Shown here: positions 42,501-55,633 of the stretch, one piece after another
Layout: each line of letters begins with the position of its first letter
Numbering within the stretch: the first letter of the stretch is position 1
Assembly (NCBI RefSeq): GCF_004010195.1
Contig: NC_057719.1
Coordinates: 11,972,002-12,036,001, forward strand
Origin: Chiloscyllium plagiosum
Lineage: Eukaryota
DNA length: 64,000 bases
Reading direction: 5' to 3'
Program-made: the position numbers and the translations under genes
Notes under the pieces: generated by a model
Database searches by the model: none
Seen by the model: the letters and a program-made list of their open reading frames with translations, nothing else
What the model was told of the DNA's origin: nothing

Positions 42501-43575
42501 ACATCAGGTCCACATTAGTCAGAGCAGTGATTGAACCCACAACATTCTTCTAGGAAATTGTCCAGTATCCTTCCTCATGACTATCTTTCTGCCAATCTTC
42601 CTATCCCAATTTACATGAAGATTGAAGTCACCTGTGATTAATGTACTGCCTGTGTGACATGGCCTCTACCTCCTACTATACAATTACTTTATGGGCCTGT
42701 AAAACTAGGAGGTTTTTCCCCCCTCTTTCTAGATCTCATTTCCACCTACATGGAATCTACATATTCCAATCAAAAGTAATTTCTTGCTATCTTACTTATT
42801 CAATACTGTACCAATAATGTTACCCTAATCTTTTCCTTCCATCTCCACCTTCTTTCAAAGTAAAAAAAATCCCCATCAATATTTAGTTCGTAACGCTGAC
42901 ATCCTTGTAACTATGTATGTAATGGCTTGAAGAGAATACCCATTAATCTGTATTTGTATCCAGTAATACATTTTGTTCTGAATACTGTGCATATTTAAGA
43001 ATTTCTTTAAAATATTTTGCACTTTTTTCCCTCTGACACTATTTACTGATGTCCCTTCCTGTCACACTTCAGTATTATCCAAACATTTGCTCTTTAAGTC
43101 TACATTTCCCCCCTCAATCTTGTCCTAACCACCCCCCACCCCATTAGTTTAAAGCCCTCGCAAAGACCCTCACTTTAATCATTTCAATACTCTGATGTGC
43201 TAGCCTTAAAATCTGTCAGCAGTTAAAAAGGAGGAAATTTATATTTGCAAAAGGATTTGAACAGAAGCAATGGAGCCTTTTTGAGGCTGAAGAGGGCCTT
43301 GGTGAGATCACATCTATAATTATGCATCGTTGGAGTCTCCTTATCTAAGAAAATAAGGATATAGGAATTTCAGTAAAAGATTCACCAGACTCATTCCCAG
43401 GATGACAGCTTTGTCATAAAAGGGAAGACTGAGATTGATTAAGCCGGTTTTCAAAGTTTAGAAGAATGAGTGAGGATCTGAATAAAACATAAAATTCAGA
43501 CAGAACTGGATGCAGAGATGATGTTCCACCCGAATGATTGTCTAGAATAAGTGGTGAGTCTCAAGACATGAGTGC

Positions 43576-44121
43576 TGTGGACCAGACTAGACGTCACCCT
43601 CAAATATATTCAGGCAGCCTAAATTGTAACTTTTCTTATTTAAAGGCAAACGTCAGGTGCTAAGTTCCAGATGCAACTTGGGTCAAACTACTTAACACTA
43701 AGCAAAACAATTTATATTTAACATACAACATACAAAGAATTTGAACAACTTAACTCTACAGGAAAACTTGATTGATACAGTAATTATTACCAATTTACTG
43801 TTCCAATATACTAAACACCCATATACATACCCTTAGCAAGAAGGCAAATTCAGAAAACAGATTTTGTCTCATGTAATTCTGCAGTCCAGGAAGAGAACCC
43901 CTAGCTTTTGGCTATAATTGAGGGAAGGAAAACTAGCTTCCACTACAAGACTCTAATAGCAACTGCTGCTGAAAACTAAAAGTCAAGCTCAGTGGGCGGG
44001 AGCTTGACCAAATCCAATCAGGCTGCTTCTATTGTTCCAGCTTGTTAAAAATAAATACCCACATCTCTCTCTCACTCTCTCTCTCTCAAGGGAACCAGGA
44101 CAGAACGGTGTTAAAGCCACA
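43576..44121. mobile_element. Possible solo LTR (TGTGG...CCACA) interrupting an old CR1 3' fragment
   Basis: 5-bp terminal inverted repeat with TG...CA ends; CR1-like sequence resumes on both sides; TSD not clean. Confidence 0.4.
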
Positions 44122-44385
44122 GCGTTGGATTAAGCCATTTAGGGCCATGAAGAACTTTTTTTCACTTGGGATGAAACTCTTCACTCTGGAATACTCTACC
44201 ATGGAAAAAGTAACGGAAATAAATTACTGAATGGGTTAAGGAATAAATACATAGCTACATACATAAATACATACATAGGGACAGAGCAAGAATCTAATGT
44301 TGAGGTAGAGAACTAGACATGATTGTATTGAATGCCAGATCAGATAAAATGGGCCAAATGGCCTACTCCTATTACCTATGTTTTT

Positions 44386-45809
44386 GCAAGGTTTGTAGTT
44401 CAGGTTGAGGTTTAGGGTGTAGGTTTGCTCGCTGAACTGTAAGTTTGCTATCCAGACATTTCATTACCTGGCTAGGTAACATCATCAGTGGCGACCTCCA
44501 AGTGAAGCAAAGCGGTTGTCTCCTGCTTTCTATTTTTATCTTTCTCCTGGATGGGGTTCCTGGGGTTTGTGGTGATGTCATTTCCTGGTTGTTTTCTGAG
44601 GGGTTGATAGATGGTATCTAGATCTGTGTGTTTGTTTATGGCATTGTGGTTGGAGTGCCAGGCCTCTAGGAATTCTCTGGCATGTCTTTGCTTAGCCTGT
44701 CCCAGGATAGATGTGTTGTCCCAGTCGAAATAGTGGTTTTCTTCTTCCGGTGTGTAAGGCTACGAGGGAGAGAGGGTCGTGTCTTTTTGTGGCTAGCTGG
44801 TGTTAGTGTATCCTGGTGGCTAACTTTCTTCCTGTTTGTCCTATGTAGTGTTCCTGGCAGTCCTTGCATGGAATTTTGTAGACGACGTTGGTTTTGTCCA
44901 TGGGTTGTACAGGGTCTTTTAAGTTTGTTAGTTTTTGTTTGAGAGTGTTGGTGGGTTTGTGTGCTACTAGGATTCCGAGGGTCTTAGTAGTCTGGCTGTC
45001 ATTTCTGAAACTTCTTTGATGCATAGGTGGTTAGGGTTTCTGGCTGTGTTTGGTCTGCTTGTCGTGGTTTGTTCTTGAGGAACCTGCGGACTGTTTTTTT
45101 TTGAGTATCGGTTCGTCTTGAATACGTTGGAGAGGTGGTTCTCCTCTATTTTCCGACGTTCGTCTATGCTGCAGTGTGATGTGGCTCATCAACAACACCC
45201 TCACAGGTATAAAGTTCACCAAGGAGGAAGAAACCGACAACAAACTTGCATTCCTGGACGTCACAGTCGAAAGAAAGGACAATGGAGAACTACAAACCTG
45301 CGTATACAGAAAACCGACAAACACTGACCAAATACTTAACTACACCAGCAACCATCCCAACACACACAAACAAAGCTGTATCAGAACACTATTCCAAGGA
45401 GCCACATCACACTGCAGCACAGACGAACTTCGGAAAACAGAGGAGAATCACCTATACAACGTATTCAAGAAGAACGGATACTCAAAAAAAAATACAGTCC
45501 GCAGATTCCTCAAGAACAAACCACGACAAGCAGACCAAACACAGCCACAATTCCTAGAGGCCTGGCACTCCAACCACAACACTATAAACAAACACAGATC
45601 TAGATACCATCTATCAACCCCTCAGAAAACAAACAGGAAATGACATCACCACAAACCCCAGGAACCCCATCCAGGCCAGACATATAAATAGAAAGCTGGA
45701 GACAACAGCTTCGCTTCACTTGGAGGTCACCACTGATGATGTTACCTAGCCAGGTAATGAAACGTCTGGATATCAAACCTACAGCTCAGTGAGCAAACCT
45801 ACACCCTAA
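44386..45809. mobile_element. Young fold-back PLE family C with RT C-terminus and GIY-YIG endonuclease
   Basis: Minus arm encodes NVVYKIPCKDCQEHYIGQTGRKLATRIH; plus arm encodes LAFLDVTV...VYRKPT...SNHP; TSD acctatgttttt at 44374-44385 and 45810-45821. Confidence 0.92.
45733..45766 (+). ncRNA. Minimal hammerhead ribozyme core (family C); mirror copy at 44455-44488 (-)
   Basis: cca-CUGAUGA-U-GUUACCU agcc AGGUAAU-GAAACGUC-ugg: 3-bp helix I, 7-bp stem II, ACGU palindrome and GUC triplet. Confidence 0.8.
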
Positions 45810-47015
45810 ACCTATGTTTTTATGAAACAGTAATTTCTCTGGAATAGTCAGCAGTCTGAATTAATCTGTACAAAAGAACTTCATTTAATTTCTGGAGATT
45901 AAACACATTTAACAAAGCACAGCTTTGTCACCATTCACTGAGCATGGCTGACAAACAAAAACTCATGAAATTCTGGTCATGTAGAATGCCTTGCATTAAC
46001 ATGGGCAAATGAACCCAAACATGTTTCTTTTTAAAAAGTACCCAAGAGTATTGCATCAAGTATAATTAAACCTTATGCTGAGGTGAGTCAGAAAATAGAA
46101 ACATGTCACTATTGCAACAAGGGTGCATAAGAACATCACATAAAAAATACTGCCTAGCATTTATCATACCCAATAAGCTCCCAAAAATATGGTGAAATGG
46201 TAGAATTGGACGTTCAAATGAACAGACTATTTATGAGCATGTGCAATCCCAATAATTGAAAGTGTGACCTCCATAATGAACAGAACCCCAAAACGAAATG
46301 TTAATTTCCTGCTAATACCTCAAAGAACTACCTCAGTATTGCATGTTTTAAAGTGCTTATTGCAACAAGTGATTAAAAGCATGTTTTACAAAACTTTCAA
46401 AGCAGGTAGAAGTTATATGAAGTGATCCTCGTGTATCAATGATGACACTATGGAATTACAGCCCTGGTTGCAAACAATGCTGGCAGCTTTCAATAACTTC
46501 CCAAAGATGCTTCACCAAGTAGTAACTTTGACTGCCTACAAGCATTTTCCTGTATTTTTGAAAAGTTCCTTAAATCCACCACAAAGTAAATCTGACTCCC
46601 CAGATAATTCTCTCTGCTCATGCCAGAACACCGCCTAGAATCCATAAAAGACTGCAAGTTGTACCTCTGAAAATAAAGACCTCCTTCCTCTCAGTCGGCT
46701 GTGATAACTGGCAAAGTCAAGCAGCCTTTTCTCTCTCCTGTCCACACAAAAAAAACCTAAAATAGATCTCAGCCAAGTTACAAATCAGGAACGAAGACGC
46801 TGATGTTTTTCTTGACAGAAGCTTTATTCTATTGCATGGTGTTCTCAGTGCTCCAGTTATCCTTTTCTTATACTCTTGAAAAAGAGCAAAATCAGGTCTT
46901 AGTGCTCAAAAATAATTAAACTACCTAACTGACAAGACATTAACTTATTTCAGATATCCAGATTTGTAGGAATCTCTTAAAAAGATCCCTCTTCAGCCTG
47001 GCAACGTGAAATATT

Positions 47016-47236
47016 CGGAGAAAGTGAGGACTGCAGATGCTGAAGATCAGAGTCAAACAGTGTGGCGCTGGAAAAGCACAACAGGTCAGATAACAGCCGA
47101 TGAGCAGGAGAATCGATGTTTCAGACATAAGCCCTTCAGCAGCCCTGATGAAGGGCTTATGTCCACAATGTCAATTTTCCTGCTCCTTTGATGCTGCCTG
47201 ACCAACTGTGCTTTTCCAGCACCACACTTTTCAACA
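47016..47236. mobile_element. Fold-back PLE family A-like mini-element
   Basis: Inverted arms around about 47142; perfect TSD gtgaaatatt at 47006-47015 and 47237-47246. Confidence 0.85.
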
Positions 47237-47281
47237 GTGAAATATTAACCTTGCCTCCTGGTAGAAATACTAACTAGTTAT

Positions 47282-47582
47282 GATTAAATTAGATTCCCTA
47301 CAGTATGGAAACAGGCCCTTCATCCAAGTCCACACTGACCCTATGACGAGTAACCAACAAGACCCATTTCCTACCCTATATTTTACCCCTGAATAAAGCA
47401 CCTAACACGATAGGCAACTTAGCATGGCCAATTCACCTGGCATGCACATCTTTGGATTGTGAGAGGAAACTCATACCGACACAGGGAGAACGTGCAAACT
47501 CCACATAGACAGCTGCCTGAGGTGCGAATCAAACCCTGGTCCCAGGCACTGTGAGGCAGCAGTGCAAGCCACTGAGCCACCT
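47282..47582 (-). mobile_element. HE1-like V-SINE
   Basis: Reverse complement of the full SINE. Confidence 0.88.
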
Positions 47583-47831
47583 TAACCTCAACTCCCTTTC
47601 ATCCTACAGAAGGGAATGGATGGCATATAGTACAATTATTTAGAAGTCAACTAAAAACACACAAACACCATCTATGGGAACTCTAGAGACTCACTAAATC
47701 CAGTTGTTGCCATAGTCTCCTCACAAAATATCTTGTACATTCTTCAGTAAATCAAAGCATTTCGTCAAGGAATCAAACACACGCAGAATATCAGACAGAT
47801 TTTATAGTGGGTCACATCACATTGACCCTCA

Positions 47832-49075
47832 TGGGGAGGCGATGGCCTTGTGCTATTATCACTAGATTATTAATTCAGAAACACAACTGACGGTGTGGGA
47901 ACTTGAGCTTGAATCCTACCATGGCAGATGGCAGAATTTGAGTTGAATAAATGTCTGCAATTAAGAATCTAATGACCATGAAAACATTGCCAAGGGACAG
48001 ACAAATTCACTTTTTCTACTAATTTCCTTCAGGGAAGGAAATCTGCCACCTCGCTTGGTGTGGCTGACATATGACCCCAAACTCTCAGCAATGTGGTCAA
48101 CACAACTACACCCAAATGCCCTAAGGCCACTAAGTTGTATCAATCACTACGAAGTATCCAAGAAATGAAACCAGACAGACCACCTGGCATTAACCTACAA
48201 AACAGCAAAGACAGTTCTATCAACTCTCCTTATGAAGATTTTGAGGCTCGTGCCAATATTGGGAGACCTGTCTCACAGACCAGTCAAGCGACAGCCTGAT
48301 ATTATACTCTCAGAATTACACCTTATAATGTCCCAAATAACATCACTGTGTCCTGTCCCACTGGCACAGACACAATGGATGTGGCGTACAGAAGAAGGGA
48401 GTTGTCTTGGGAGCCCTTAACAGACTCTAGACCTCATGATGACTCATGGCATCTGGTTAAACATGGGTAAGGAAATTTCCTACTGATTACCATATACAAT
48501 CTATCTTCGGCTGGTGAATCAGCTCCAAATTGAACACTTGGAGGAAGCACTAACGGTTGCAAGGGTGCATATTAGACTCTGGGTGGGTAGGGTAGGGATT
48601 TCAACATCCAGATTGGCTCAGCAGCAGCTGGTCAGGTCCTAACACATATAGCTGCTCGACTACCTGCAACAGGTGACGAGGGAAATGAGAAAAACATATT
48701 TGACCTCATCCCCACCAGCCTGTTGCAGAAGCAGTCATCTGTGGTTATCAGTAACACACTGACCACTGCACACAGTCTTCACGGAGATGAATTCCCACTT
48801 TGGTATTCAGAATTACCCATGATATCATATGACAAGGGCAGTATATACATGAGAACACCACCACCTGCAAGCTCCCCTCCAAGCCACTCACCATCCTGAC
48901 TTGGAAATATATTGCCATTCCTTTCACCGTCACTGATTAAAATTTCTGGAATTCTCTCCCTCATGACATTGTATTCTACGTGCAGGACATGGACTAGAGT
49001 GATTTAAGAAGTCAGCTCAAAAGGCAATAAATGCTGGCCAGCCAGCAATGCCATGTCCCACAAGTAAATAAAAGT
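47832..49075 (+). mobile_element. tRNA-headed, internally deleted LINE-like element
   Basis: SINE-type head, endonuclease-like remnant (LVPILGDLSHRPVKRQPDII) and a 3' tail caataaatgctggccagccagc shared with the SINE. Confidence 0.55.
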
Positions 49076-49964
49076 TAAATCGCCTGCCATAAAATTATTT
49101 TACAAATCTCATTTCTACCAAAGGCTCAACTTTTGATTTACTTCTTCAGCTTTATTCAAGATCCTTTCATGCAAAATTCTCAGGTCAAAGGCTTAAGTTT
49201 TTGATCAACAATTGCAGTTTTTTTCTTGCAGTTTCCAAGGCTCTTGTAGGAATAAAAAGGTTCTGGTCCGCACTGCGCAGCACCATAAAAGTCATTATTT
49301 TGTAACTGTAAAACTAACTCTCATCATACCTCATTTGAGTGTAAGGCGGCCAACTTATTGCAGAGGAGAGATTCAAATCAGAAACCTTTACAGTATAGTT
49401 CAGCTGCTCATTCATTTAATCGGAACAGCCATTAGGAAGTATTCACGGATCATACGTAAACCCTATTTTTGGTTTCTTCCTTTTCTACCATTTTAATTTG
49501 CCCCTAACTCAATTGAAGCTGTAAAACCCGAGATCCAAAGAAACAAGGCAGCCCCCAGTACCTTATTCACTTTTTTTATATGCACAAGGAACTCTGGCAG
49601 GTAAGTTGCACATGTCAAGCACCAGAATCAAGTTCAATTATATCCATAGGTTAACCTACTCTTGAAAAGCAGGAATCCAAAGGCAATTTTACTTGGCCAA
49701 GGAATGCACTTGCAGCTTTCCTACCCAACTTAGTTCAGAAACAAATTCAACCTAGGATCACAAAACTGGCATATGCTTAACCCATATGAAATAACGGATC
49801 AATGAATAACATCCTAAAGAAAGCAGCTTTTTCATATTTTCACTTTTTCCACAATTAAGATGGTCTCTCAAGACTATTATAAGCCATGTACAATCCCACT
49901 GGGGTGTTTAAGTCTTTGCATATAAATTTCATTTAAGCACTGTTTGAAGGAGTGAGTAAACAAT

Positions 49965-50800
49965 GCTGTGCTGATAGTCAAAATTTGCATATGACACTAC
50001 AATAGACAAGGTGGTAAGCTGCAATGAACAAATAAACTTACAAATCGAAATGTATAGGTTCAATGAATGGGTCAACATATGGCAGAAGTTGTTTAACACA
50101 AATAAGTGAGAGATTATTCATTTTGATCAAAGGAACAGAAAGACAACGTATCTAAAATGAGGAGAAACTTCAGTGCATATCAATCTGGATGCCGTGGTGC
50201 ACGAATCACAAAACTAGCATGCAGAGGCAGATGGAAATAAAGGAACGTAAATGGAATTTATTGTTAAAGAAATAGTGTATAAAAGTAGTGAAGTGATGCT
50301 GCAACCATATACGGCATTACTGAGACTAGATCTGAGCTACTGCATACAACTTTGGTTCCAGTACCGGGGGAAAGATGTAATTGTATTGGACACGGTTCAG
50401 AGGCAGCTCACTAGATTGATTCCAGAGATGAGAGGCTTTTGTCTTAAGAGAATTGAGCAACTCAGGTCAAACTTCCTCTACTAAACAGAATATTAATTGA
50501 GATATATAAAACACAAAGGAATTGACAAAGTAAATGCAGAAAGGATGTGTCTTCATGTGGGACAGGCTGGAACAAGAGGTCATAGCTTTGGAATAAAAAG
50601 CTAGCAGATTTAAAATGGAGAGGAGGTGAAATTACTACTCAAAGGGTCGTGAATATACGTAATTCACTACCCCAGAATGTGATGCACGTTGGGACATTTG
50701 AGGACAGAAGCAGAGATGACATCATCCAGAATCATATCAAAAAGCGGAGCAGGCTCGATGGGCTGAATTGCTTACATCTGCTCCTAGTCCTTAGGTTCCT
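49965..50800 (+). mobile_element. Old CR1 3' fragment
   Basis: YKSSEVMLQPYTALLRLDLSYCIQLW remnant. Confidence 0.75.
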
Positions 50801-51344
50801 AAGAACTGTACTCTTCTTGAAGGACACACACAGTTAATGCCAATGAACACACAAGCTCTGAGAATTTCAAAATGTTAAAGTCATAAACAGGTAAGGAAAA
50901 AAGTACATGATTCCTTCTTCCTATCCCCACTTTTCAAAGTAACAGATCAATACAAACCCTGACTCAAACCTGAATGCACAGCCATGATGTAATGATTTGC
51001 ACAGAACCATATTCACACAATTCTTCACAGTATAACAATAATGTGGAGAAAATCAGACCTCATTCACACAAATTGCAATATTAAACTGGTGCTTCTGGTT
51101 TTCCATTGAACTGGTGTTTCCTCTCGTTAACAGCACAGAAAATCCATACCACGCACACATGAAAATATTTGCTGGAAAAATTAGAACGATTTAACAATAC
51201 CAGAAAATAACTCTCCTAGTAAATGGGACATGTTTTTAAAATCAAATGGACAGTTCAAGACACCCATATATCAAATTTCACCAAGTGACCTGCAAATATA
51301 GTAAATTCATCATTAAGTCTTTTATTTTCAGGCTACATTAACTT

Positions 51345-51967
51345 GAAGACCATTCACTCCAATTTTCTAGCCTCGAGATTTGATTTTTTTTTATGTCCAT
51401 TTGTGTCCAGTGGATTGACAAGTTTCCATTTACTATTTGCTCATCAGCATATCAGTGATGATTTAGGTGTAAAAATTATTCACATTTTGAAAATCTGTTT
51501 TAGTAAAAAAAAAGACTGATTATGTATTCCACTCTGTGCACTCCATCTGTAATGCCCAAAGTCTGCATTAAACATATCTGGTGCAGAACTAACTTGGTCA
51601 ATATTCTCACATCTGTCTGGATTATAATGAGCACTAGTCCCTGATTAGTCCTCGAAAGCCACCTCCACTACAATCTATTTCCTCAAATACTGTGCTATCC
51701 TTGTCCACCAAGCACAAAGAGCTCATGGACATCTTTATCACTAATCGTGACAGTTTTGGCTCTTGTATCTAAAAGACATGCTGACGTTGGAGGGGATCCA
51801 CAGGAGGTTTCCAAGGAGGATCCAGAGATGAAGGGCTTATCAAGTGAGTAGGTGAGGACTCTGGGAAGACCATTCACTCCAATTTTCTAGCCTCGAGATT
51901 TGATTTTTTTTTTTATGTCCATTTGTGTCCAGTGGATTGACAAGTTTCCATTTACTATTTGCTCATC
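51345..51967 (+). repeat. ~101-bp direct duplication (51345-51445 and 51865-51967)
   Basis: The two copies are identical apart from poly-T length. Confidence 0.95.
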
Positions 51968-52184
51968 TGCTCGACAGGATAGAACGTACTCGGGCAAGAT
52001 GTTTCAGCTCAGAGAGACCACAACCTGAACGCACAGCCTAAGAGTGAAGCGACAACCTTTTAGAACAGAGATGAGGAAGAATTTCTTCAGCCAGAGTGTG
52101 GTAACACCGTGGAACTTATGGCAATGAGTGTATAGAGGACAGGGATAGACAGGTTCTTGACTAATAAGGGAATTAAGTGTTACA

Positions 52185-53405
52185 GGGAAACTTTTTTGAA
52201 GAGGTGACAAAGATAATTGTTGGGAGAGGGGCTGTGAATGTAATTTATATGGACATTAGTAAGGCATTTATTGAAGTCCCAAATGGCAACTTGGTACAAA
52301 AACTAAAATCCCACGGGGTTCGGGATAGACTGGCTAGATGAATACAAAACTAGCTTGATCATAGAAGACAGTAATGGTGGAACAGTCTTGTTTCAGACCA
52401 GAGACTGGCAACTAGTGGTGCTCCACAGGGATCAGTCTTAGATCCTCTGTGGTTTGTAGCATATATAAAAGTGATCTGGAGGAAAATGAGGGTGGTCCGA
52501 TTAGTGAGTTTGCAGATGACACGAAATTTGGAGGAATTACCGACAATGCCAACGATTGTGAAAAGTGACAAGAGGATATACAGATCACCAGCTTGGTCAC
52601 AGAAATGGCAGCTGGAGTTTAATCCAGACATATGTATGGTGATGCATTTTGGAGGATCACATTTAGGTTGAATTATACTGCAAATGACAGAACCCTTAGG
52701 AACATTAACATACACACAGATCTAGGTGTGCAGGTCCACAAATTCTTAAAAGTGGCAACAAAGTGGGCCAAGGAGATTGTGGCGGCATTCAAGGCAAGCA
52801 TGCCGTTCGGCCAGGACGTGGAGTACAAGAGTTGACAAGCCATGTTGAGTTGTACAAACCCCTTGTTCAGCTGCATTTGGAATACGGTGTACAGTTTTGG
52901 TCATCACAATACCAGAAGGATACAGAAACTTTGGAGAGTGTACAGAAAATGTTCACTGGGATGGTGTCTGGTCTCCAGGGCATTGACTAAGAGGAAAGGT
53001 TAAAAAGCTAGGATAGTTTTCATTGGTAAGATTGTGGCTGAGGGGGAGACCTGATAGATGTCTATAAAATTGAGAGGCATAGATAGGGTGGATAGTCAGA
53101 GACTTTTTGCCAGGGTTAAAGTTTCAATTACAAGGGGGCACAGGTTCAAGGTGAGGGGGGCAAGTTTAAGGGAGATCTGAGAGGGATGTTTTTTTAGGAG
53201 CCTGGAAGGAACTGCTAGAAATGGGGGTGGAGGAAGCAGGTACACTGGTGACATTTAAGAGGCATCTGAATGGTTACGTGAACCAGAGGGAATAGAGGGA
53301 CACGGATTGAATAAGGGCAGGTTTGCTTTTCAGTTTAGTTAGGGCATGATGATTGGTACAGGCTCAGAGGGCTGAAGGGCCTGTTGCTGTGCTGTATTTC
53401 TCTTT
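52185..53405 (+). mobile_element. CR1 LINE 3' portion
   Basis: SGAPQGSVL, FADDTK and LHLEYGVQFWS motifs plus tail. Confidence 0.88.
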
Positions 53406-53944
53406 TGATTTTTGTTCTTCAAGCAAAAGTGACATTTGGATCTCACAGACCCCAAGACAATTTTTAAAATCCCCATAAACTTGGGCTCCAAATCTGCAGC
53501 ATCTCCATCCCAACCTTCAGTTCCCAAACCACCATCACCCTTGCTCTCAAAATATTTCAGATTTAAAACTTGAAGATTCCATGATGATTCCACCCTAACT
53601 CCCCACCCTTCCTCCAAACCACAGCCATAAACCGTCCAGGAGGTCTTCTAAATTTGGTCTTTTGTATATTAAGCAATCATGTTGAGCATCTTTTATTTCG
53701 CAGTCATCATATTCAACAGGGGAAGGTGGACACCAAGGTTATACCTATTAAACAAAATAATAGAACATGACAGAACATTTTACCTACACTTACTTGGCCA
53801 TATCTATATAACTCATCTTTCCCCATCAAATAGTTACCCAAATTTCCTTTGGAGGTTATTGCCAAACATGTTTCCACCACTTTTTCAGGCACTGCATTCC
53901 ACATTACAAGTCACCATTTATAATAGTTCTTTTTCATGGTGGGT

Positions 53945-55335
53945 AAGCTCTTTGAGGGGATTCTGACAGATAGGATCTGCATGCACCTAGAAAGGTAAGG
54001 ACTGATCAAGGATAGTCAGCATGGTTTTATGCACAGGAGGTCATGTCTCAATGTGATTGAGTGTTTTTTTTTTAAGATGACCAAGACGACAGATGAAGGC
54101 AGAGCAAATAGAGATTGTCTACATGAACTTTAGCAATGCCTTCGACAAGGCTCCACGTGACAGACTGATTAGTAAGGTTAAATCACATAGAATCTGGGGA
54201 AAGCTAGCCACTTGGAGGATGGAGCTAGAGAGTGTTACTGTTCAGTCTGACGGTCTGTGACCAGTGTAGCTCAAGGCTTGGTTATAAGTCCATTGTTTAT
54301 CTAAATGACAAAAAGCAAATTGGATGAGAACACAGGAGACATGGTTGGTAAGTTTGTGAATGGCACCAAAGGTGGGGACATAGTGGACAGGGAACTAAGT
54401 TGATCTCATGATCAACTGGGCCAGTGAGCCGAGGAATGCCAGATGGAGCTCAAGTTAGACAAATGCGAGGTGTTGCATTTTGTTAAGACAAACCTGGGCA
54501 GTACTTAAACAGTTAATGGTAGAGTCAAGATTAATCAGCCCTCCTTTCCTCATGAAGGACTCCTGCCCGAACCGCTGATTTTCCTGCTCCTCGGATGCTG
54601 TGGCTCTAATCTTGGCTGATCTCCAGCATCTGCAGTCCTTACTTTCGCCTAGTTAATGGTAGAGACATGGGGAATGTGGACAAACAGAAAAACCTAGGAG
54701 GTTCAGGTACATCGTTCGTTCAAAGTGGCACCACAGATAGGGTGGCAAAAGCAACATTCAGCACACTTGCATTCATGGGTCAAAGCACGAGGTACAGGAG
54801 TTTGAACAACATGTTACAACTGCACAAGAGATTAATGAGGCCACATTTGGAGTAGTGTGTACAATTCTAGTCACCTTGCTAGAGGATGGGTGTTATTAAA
54901 TTGGAATAGGTACAGAAAAGATTTACAAACATGTCACAAAGACTAGAAGATTTGAGTTTAAGGAGAGGCTGAATAGGCTGAGGCTTTTTTTCCCCCTTTA
55001 GTCGTGTAGAAGGCTGAGGGGTGATCTTATGAAGGTTTAAATGGTCATGAGGGGCAGAGATAAAGGTGAATAGCTATGGTCTTTTTTCCCAGGTTATGGG
55101 AGTTTAAAACTAGAGGGCACAGGTTTAAGCAAGAGGGGAAAGATTTAAAAGGGACCTGAGGGGCAAATTTTTCAGAGGGTGGCATCAATATGGAACAAGT
55201 TGCTGGAGACAGTAGTAGAGGCAGATACAATTAGAACATTTAAAAAGAAAGATTTAGAGGGATAGAGGCCAAAGGCAGGCAAATGGGACTATTTCAATTT
55301 AGGAAACCTGGTTGGGCTGAAGATACTGTTTCTGT
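53945..55335 (+). mobile_element. CR1 LINE 3' portion with nested PLE family A-like tail (54525-54650)
   Basis: RT motifs; the nested insert is flanked by a perfect 14-bp TSD agttaatggtagag (54511-54524 / 54651-54664). Confidence 0.88.
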
Positions 55336-55633
55336 GACCTCCAGTTCTTTTGCAAATTATCTTAAAATTGTGCTCTCAGGTGACTGTGTACTCTGCCACT
55401 GAAAGGAGTCATTCGATATTATTCTCTGAACACCTCTATCAAATCACTTAACCTCATTCTAAATAAAACATACCCCTGCTCTCCCCATAACAAAAGTCTC
55501 TCATTCCTTATATCATTTTAGTCAATCTCTTCTACATCTTCTTCAAGGCTTTGGCATTCTTCCTAAAGTGTAGTGTTTAAAGTTAAGCAATTCTGCAGTG
55601 AGGCTAAAACACTTTGTTGCTTTGCAGTCTGTG

